DNA of 64,000 nt. It comes from Octopus vulgaris. Taxonomy: Eukaryota. Position 1 is the first letter of the stretch, and every line of letters begins with the position of its first letter. The stretch covers positions 28,148,001 to 28,212,000 of the forward strand of contig OX597816.1 of NCBI GenBank assembly GCA_951406725.2, given 5' to 3'. This document shows, one piece after another, positions 57,126 through 64,000 of this stretch. The position numbers and the translations under genes were made by a program. The notes beneath the pieces were generated by a model. That model worked only from the letters and a program-made list of their open reading frames with translations. It was not told the origin of the DNA and searched no databases.

Positions 57126-57689
57126 ACGTATGACACAGAAGTATATGCATGAGAATGCATACATAAAACAATACATATATAAAACATAAAATCTGCACAT
57201 GCACTGACTCCAAATATTTCACATATGTACCTGTTTCGTATACCTGTGCAGGTATGTACGAGTGTGTGTATTTGTGCGTGTACATATCAACATACCTGTG
57301 CTGTTAATCGGACTGTGGTATGCTTACCTGAAAAATATAAACAAAAGTCAATATATAATACAAGTTATACAAGTACCTACACAACGCATACATGCGCAAA
57401 CACACGCACACACACATGCATGCACAAACATATATGCATATACAGATATAAATATAGATATATTCATTAAAATGGTGTACGTGAGGTCCAATCTCATAGA
57501 ATTGTTCCTGGAAAAAGATAATAGAATCCATATACTAAAGAGTATTCATGACATATTTGGGGATCCTTCACTATATTTTGTCAGCAAATTAGAGGATACT
57601 TACAAACAAAACTGTGTATACAAGTTCTATATTCAAGAGATGAGGAATTATGTACATTATTCATATAACCCCAAAAGCATACTCTCCAT

Positions 57690-57775
57690 TCCAATTATGA
57701 AGAAAAGAGAAGATGAAACCGATAAACTGTCCACAGTTTGTCTACCCTATGTGAAAGGCCTCTCCAATAGTCTTG
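57690..57775 (+). mobile_element. Penelope-like linker fragment
   Basis: TVCLPYVKGLS matches the PLE LPY..G.S motif. Confidence 0.5.
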
Positions 57776-58436
57776 GAAATATATATTTCACAACCACTCT
57801 TCTATTAAGTCTTGAAGAAAATGTAATTCTACGAATGTTAGTAAATGCATTTGAGATTTAAAAGTCAGGAACATTAGACTATGCTATAAAGTATTCCACA
57901 TTAGTTATGCACCATCATACAGTACTGGAAATTTCAGATGCGACCTTTGCTTCATATTATATAATTAATTCTAAATAACAATTATTAAATTGCAAAAATA
58001 ATTTTTATATTGAAAAGTTCTCATAAAATACAGAAAAAAACGTAAATATTTCAGTTGTAAATTACCCCACTAATCATAATTACATTTTCTATAATGTAAT
58101 ATGCATAATTTCTTCTTAAAAGTTATTTTAGCATATCTAATGGTAACTAAGTAATTCTATGCTTATCTTTTTATTCTTTCATTATCTACCGGTGTCATCA
58201 AAAGTTAAGTACTAATCTAGAATATTATAGTTCTTCTTCAGTTTCTTCTTATATATGTTCATCTATTGAAGAGATTTTCTTAGTTAAAATTGAATTTAAC
58301 CCATTTTAGATTGACTTGATAATGCTGTGCTAGCATGTGTTTTCGGGTGAATTAATTTCACTGGCATTTCGTGCAGTTTTTCGTGCATCTAAATATGCCG
58401 TCGCAACAGACACTATATATATATATATATATATAT

Positions 58437-58802
58437 ACTAGCAGTATCGCCCGGCGTTGCTCAGGTTTGTAAGGGAAATAACTATAAAGCATTTTTAGAG
58501 AGTTATAGCAAAAAAATAGCAAAAAAATGGAAAAAATGATGGTAAATTTTTTTTTGAGAGTTAAAAAGGTGGAGTTGCGTCCCCTAGACGGTCTGTGGTT
58601 TGGGTTTCTGATTCTCGACCCCATGTCGAATTTATCGATTTTTTTCAGAACTGGGGGAACTTTTCAAAATTTTCGCTGCGTTAGTTTTGAATTATGACAT
58701 TGGGCTATGTGTGTGTCAAGTTTCATCAGAATCGGTTGAAAGCCGTGGTCAGAGTGAGGGTACAACCTAACAGACACACAGAAAACGCACAGACAAACTG
58801 CC

Positions 58803-58806
<4 letters not shown>
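58437..58806 (+). mobile_element. Non-autonomous Helitron/Helentron-like element inserted in (TA)n
   Basis: Starts ACTAGC..CCCGGCGTTGC, contains AAGTTTCATCAGAATCGGTTGA and ends ACAGACAAAC..TTTATATAT, as in HINE/DINE-1-like elements. Confidence 0.65.
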
Positions 58807-58848
<42 letters not shown>

Positions 58849-59421
58849 GTATATATATATATACATACATATATATATATACACACATATATGTGTGTGC
58901 GTGCGTGTGTATGTGTGCATGTGTCTATATATCTATGTATATATACACACACACACACACATATATATATATCTTTATTTTTTAAGTATATAGTTATAAA
59001 AATATAATTACAATTTCATAATTCAAGTATAATGTTGAATGTCTGCAAAAAAGAATTTACATAATTTTATTTCGAAGAACCTTTTAATTTAATCACTGAC
59101 GTTGCGTTTTATTCGTCCATTATACACGAACATAAGATCCTGCCTTCCACTATCTTCATTTCTATATCTTTATAAATTTCATTCCGTAATTTCTTCCATT
59201 ATATTGTCTAACATACACTATTTCAATGTCTACCTACATATTAACATAATTATATGTAAAGCACATGGTATACAATTATGTATAGATAGATAGATACGCT
59301 TATTTATGAATATATCTGTGCATGAAGGTATGGATTTTATTTGGGTAACAAAAAGTAACTTTCTATGTGTGTATGTTAATACAATTTATCTATTCATATA
59401 CATATGCACGTACATATATAA

Positions 59422-59480
<59 letters not shown>

Positions 59481-59699
59481 TGTGTGTAATATATATATAT
59501 ATATATATAAATTTTGTGTGTAATTGTCTATGAAAACTCGATAAATTTCGGAAACTTCAATAAACAATTAAGTATTTAGTCAAGTCGATAGAGAGTTATT
59601 TATCTTAATTTATTTATCTCTATATTGTTATAGTATATCTTCATCAAAAGCATCAACTCAATTTATTTATAGATTATCAACCACATTTATGAAGGTGAT

Positions 59700-60010
59700 T
59701 AATTAGCAGAGTAGCATAATCAGAGCATCCACAATTTAGATACAGTTAAAATAACTGAAATCCAAAAAGAACAAACTTATAAGCATCTCTATCGATTTAG
59801 ACTTGAAAGTTACAGTAGTTACCAATCTTAGCATTGCTGAATTCCTAGATACCAAAATTGAATTAGAAACATTCAAATTTAAACCCTTTTATGTGCCAAA
59901 TAAAATGCCAATGAACACCAATCATAACTCGCTTCACCCATTCATACTCATGCAACTCATTACAGCCACTCCTTTTCTACAATAAAATCACTTTTGCCAT
60001 TAACTTTAAG
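59700..60010 (+). mobile_element. Penelope-like RT thumb relic
   Basis: LKVTVVTNLSIAEFLD..FKPFYVPN..NHNSLHP matches PLE FLD..YRKPN..SNHP. Confidence 0.8.
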
Positions 60011-60109
60011 TCGAAAGTTTTATATAAACCTGAAACACAGAACTTCTAACAAAGGAATAGTCATCAGGTACTGTTGAACTGATTGAATATATATATATAT
60101 ATACATGTA

Positions 60110-60425
60110 TGGGACAAGAACGCAAAACATCCGGAGAGTTAGGTGATACAAAAACGGCACAACAAAATATCCAGATAGAGGATACAAAGAAAACAACAAC
60201 ATGTCATTCGAAGTATTCTTTCCTCAGTCAAGTACCAGATTATCTTCGCCATTTCGGCTGATTATACTTGAGATTGCTCCAATCTGGCTAGCCCCAAGGA
60301 AAAACTAAGCTAAGAGCATTAGATTCCTTGGAAGAAAGCAGCGAATGGCTACAAAATCAAGGATGAAAAGAAAACGGACAATGTTACACAAATACAATAA
60401 AAATAATAACAAGACATAACAACAG
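60110..60425 (-). mobile_element. (TA)n-associated short repeat family copy
   Basis: Reverse complement of 36840-37128. Confidence 0.8.
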
Positions 60426-60938
60426 GTTTCCACTGACCATTCTCCTACGCACATGTGCAGTTAGAAACACAACAGACAGTGACTCCTATCAAAATTCTTA
60501 CTATAAATTCTTCCTATGACCTTAATCGATACTAAGCCCAACCATACACATACGTAAACAACCACAACCACACACAACCACTCACACACAAATGCGGTAT
60601 CATTACACACATACATACACACAGACCTACGCGCACACACATACCCACACATACCTCCTTCTCTTGCAATCTCTTGTCCTTGAAAAGACTTTTTCTTCGC
60701 CCATTCCCGTCCGGTCATTTCAATATGTGACAGCGTGTGTATCGTTGGTGATTTTCTTTCTCCGTCTTCCCTTCTTTTGACTTCTAGTATATTTCTGATG
60801 AAGTGCTCCGCTCGTAACTTGAAATCCTCTTTCTTTTCTTTGCTTACCTGAGCGTCCAGTAATACTACCTATTACATGTCCTCGCGTTGTTGTTTTTTCT
60901 TGCTTGTTCATGTTTGGATTGAAATGTATGCATATATG

Positions 60939-60975
<37 letters not shown>

Positions 60976-61544
60976 ATGAGTTCTCATGCATGCTTATATA
61001 TAATGTAAGAATATTACTTCAACAATATATATATATATATATGTTCAAGTATACATATAAAAGTAAAACATTTTTATTATACTCAGCATAGAATATAAAT
61101 GACACGGATCTTTTTACATTGTGATGTAACCCTTAACCCTTATATTATTTATGAATAATTCTACGTTGATGTAATTTCCTGTATTTCTGTTAATAATATG
61201 TTTACCTATACATTCACTTATGACTCACTGTTTCAAAATGTCAAAATGTCATCTTAGTTTCTATGGACAATATCGAGATGGATTTCAAATGCTGGCAACT
61301 ACAAATTTGCAGTCAAGTATGTACAACATATGTGCATTATTAAGAATAGAGATCAGATGCGAACTACAAAGAGAAATAGGAAATGTAGTTATTGTATCGC
61401 CTCAACTTGAAGCAGCGCCAAGTTCATACCGGAGTATGAGTAGCGAATATAATAATAAACGTAATGACGGGTATGGTTCGGTTGAATCATGAGAGCAGGA
61501 GGAAGATGTATCGTAGCATCTTGTGTCTGCGTATATATATATAT

Positions 61545-61576
<32 letters not shown>

Positions 61577-61604
61577 TTGCAGGAATGTATGTACATTGTC
61601 ATGG

Positions 61605-61770
61605 GAGTTACTTTGAGGAAAGGAGTTTAGTTCCCAGTCTCATGGCTCCTGGTTCAATCGCACTGCATGGCAACTTTCCCAGGCGTCTTCTGCTATAACC
61701 CTCGGGCCAATCAAACCCTTGCCAGTGGATTTGATAGATGGAAATCTAAAAGATGCTCATTGTATGCCTG
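61605..61770 (+). mobile_element. SINE family B, decayed 5' half
   Basis: GGTTCAATCGCACTGC..CTCGGGCC..GTGGATTTGATAGATGGAAA. Confidence 0.7.
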
Positions 61771-62161
61771 TACATATACATAGTACATGCATACATACAT
61801 ACACACATACACTCATACATACATACATACATACATACATACATACATGCATGCATACATACATATATACATGCATGCATTCATACATACATACACACAT
61901 GCATACATACATACATACATACATACATACATGCATGCATGCATACGTACATTCATACATACATACGTACATACATACAAACATACATACATACATACAT
62001 ACAAACATAACATACATACATACAAACATAACATACATACATATCATACATACATACATACATACATTCATTCATACATACATACATACATACATACATA
62101 CATACATACATTCATACATACATACATACATGCATGCATGCATACATACATACATACATAC

Positions 62162-62460
62162 ATTATGGCTGGCCCCTCGTTATCGTGTATGGCCATTGCA
62201 CGAAGCTTAACTGTTACTGGTGCTGTGATCGAATGTGACTTTTTAGCCTAGCTAAAGATCTACAATGTCTTGTACATAATTGGCAACTAATATCTTCACC
62301 GGTAATAGCCGGCTGTAGATGTAACTTGGCTTCATGTACCTTTGCATGTCGTTTAAGTCCTCCTGCCGAATTACACTCTCTTCCACACGCCCGACAGATA
62401 TGATCAGTATGGTGTGTAACACGACCACCAGTGGCCAGGTTGTCACTCATCTGTCTCGTA
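62162..62460 (-). mobile_element. RTE-type LINE 3' end with C-terminal zinc-finger-like motifs, inside (CATA)n
   Basis: CRACGRECNSAGGLKRHAKVH and CQLCTRHCRSLARLKSHIR; short 3' UTR ATGGCCATACACGATAACGAGG. Confidence 0.7.
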
Positions 62461-62714
62461 CATACATACTCATACATACATACATACATACATACATACA
62501 TACATACATACATACATACATACATACATACATACATACATACATACATACATACATACATACATACATACATACATACATACATACATGCATACATACA
62601 TATATATATGCATGCATTCATACATACACACACCTACGTATGTGATTGTGTTTGTGTATCTATACCACTCAGCAGTTCGGCTTAAGAAAAAATAATTTAA
62701 ATATGGGGTTCGTT

Positions 62715-63200
62715 ATGATTTCTAGAAGTTTTCAGGAGGGATAGTAATTAATTTCAAAGTAGTACGGATGTTTAATCTCCCCGACTTCCCTAAAACTGGA
62801 TCTTCTGCGTCAATCAGCTTGTAGTATCCATCCACTTTGTGAAGGCCCCATGAAGCTCCTGCAAAGTGAATACATCGAGGAACACTGTCCCTTCCTCCAT
62901 GTTCTCCTTCAACTTGGGGAACCAAATTCTGGACTGTAGCGAGTGTGTGAGGGACACTTTTGGTGCTATCTCTGTCATTGTCAAATACTTGCTTACCCGA
63001 AAGCTGCACAAAAACATTTTATCCATCGACTGGCTAGATGGAGTCAGGTGGTTGAAGATGATGCCCTTGCTATGGAAACGAGGTATCATCATGAGCTCCT
63101 AAGTGGGCTTGCTTTATCTGGCCTCTTTTAGCCCCGAAAGAAAGATGCTCAGCCGATGCAAGTTAATCCATATCGTGTCTAAAGAGTTTAATACGTTTCA
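62715..63200 (-). mobile_element. Mariner transposase relic, deleted
   Basis: LMMIP.F.SKGII, VPH..YSPE, WFPKLKEN and LQELHGAFTKW across frames. Confidence 0.7.
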
Positions 63201-63507
63201 GTGGCATTTCCCCCAGTTTAACACAAAAGTTATTGAATGGTAAGCTTTCAAATTGTTTTCACGTCGCGACTGCTTTCTACAACCTAGTCAGCCGTGACAA
63301 GCTGTGTTTTATTAGTGTGTACACAGGCGTCTCGTATAATCGGGATGGCAGGTCAGTTAGTAAAAACTGTCCAAAGAACAGCAACGTGAAACTCAGAGTA
63401 ACGGGTTTTGTAGAATTTTCTGCTGCTTTAAATAAAACGTATTACTATACCACTGGTATTTGAGTACTCTTTTTTTCCATCTTGTTTCACATTTATGCGT
63501 TTACTCC

Positions 63508-63570
<63 letters not shown>

Positions 63571-63579
<9 letters not shown>

Positions 63580-63764
63580 GTGAATGGAAGAAATGGAGCT
63601 GAACGAAGATTCTACAGAATTCCTTTTATTACATTCTACACATGTTTCAAAGGCCACAAATTTCCAAATTCTGATTTGTGGCCTTTGAAACATGTGTAGA
63701 ATGTAATAAAAGGAATTCTGTAGAATCTCCGTTCAACTCCATTTCTTCCATTCACTAATTATAT
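63571..63764. repeat. Palindrome with 91-bp arms next to (TA)n
   Basis: 63571-63661 versus 63674-63764; 2 mismatches; 12-nt loop. Confidence 0.97.
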
Positions 63765-64000
63765 TAAACTTCATTTATCCGCGCCAACGCACGGTTGCAA
63801 CACCCTATGGTCATAACTCCAACCGTGTTTTTTCTGGTGTGATTTTGCTGATTTTTTTGCTACCCCAGGTATCGGTTAAACTTTATTATAATATTTTATA
63901 ACATATTATAATATTTTTACAAAATAAATATAGAATAATCCGTAACGAGATAATTCATCTTTCCATTTCAACAAACATATATATATATATATATATATAT

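Noticed and set aside
57262-57861. 199-aa ORF
   Set aside because: Mosaic of low-complexity sequence and a short PLE fragment; no coherent domain.
62214-62460. C2H2 zinc-finger host gene
   Set aside because: Only two finger-like motifs without TGEKP linkers, followed by an RTE-like 3' tail inside (CATA)n; better explained as a LINE end.

Overview
This is AT-rich, microsatellite-saturated eukaryotic DNA with no intact host gene. The SINE families and the (TA)n/(AAT)n/(CATA)n load resemble an octopus or other coleoid cephalopod genome (inference). Most listed ORFs are translations of simple repeats. Recognisable elements: many tRNA-derived SINEs; fragments of R4/Dong-type RLE LINEs sitting in (AAT)n tracts; CR1, Tx1/L1-like and RTE LINE 3' ends; a CsRn1-like Gypsy gag-protease relic; a near-full-length mariner; Tc1, mariner and MULE relics; a MITE with an 8-bp TSD and internal TTAGGG; a Helentron-like element; and Penelope-like element (PLE) RT and GIY-YIG fragments. 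Two signals stand out. (1) A set of small (TA)n-embedded modules carries hammerhead-ribozyme (HHR) cores, one near-canonical at 33492-33547, and several are folded into long DNA palindromes. (2) Two heavily decayed, apparently intronless ionotropic-receptor (iGluR/IR)-like relics lie in the two non-repetitive stretches (about 20-22.7 kb on + and 49.6-52.7 kb on -). All calls come from reading and translating by eye; no database searches were run, and most element boundaries are approximate.
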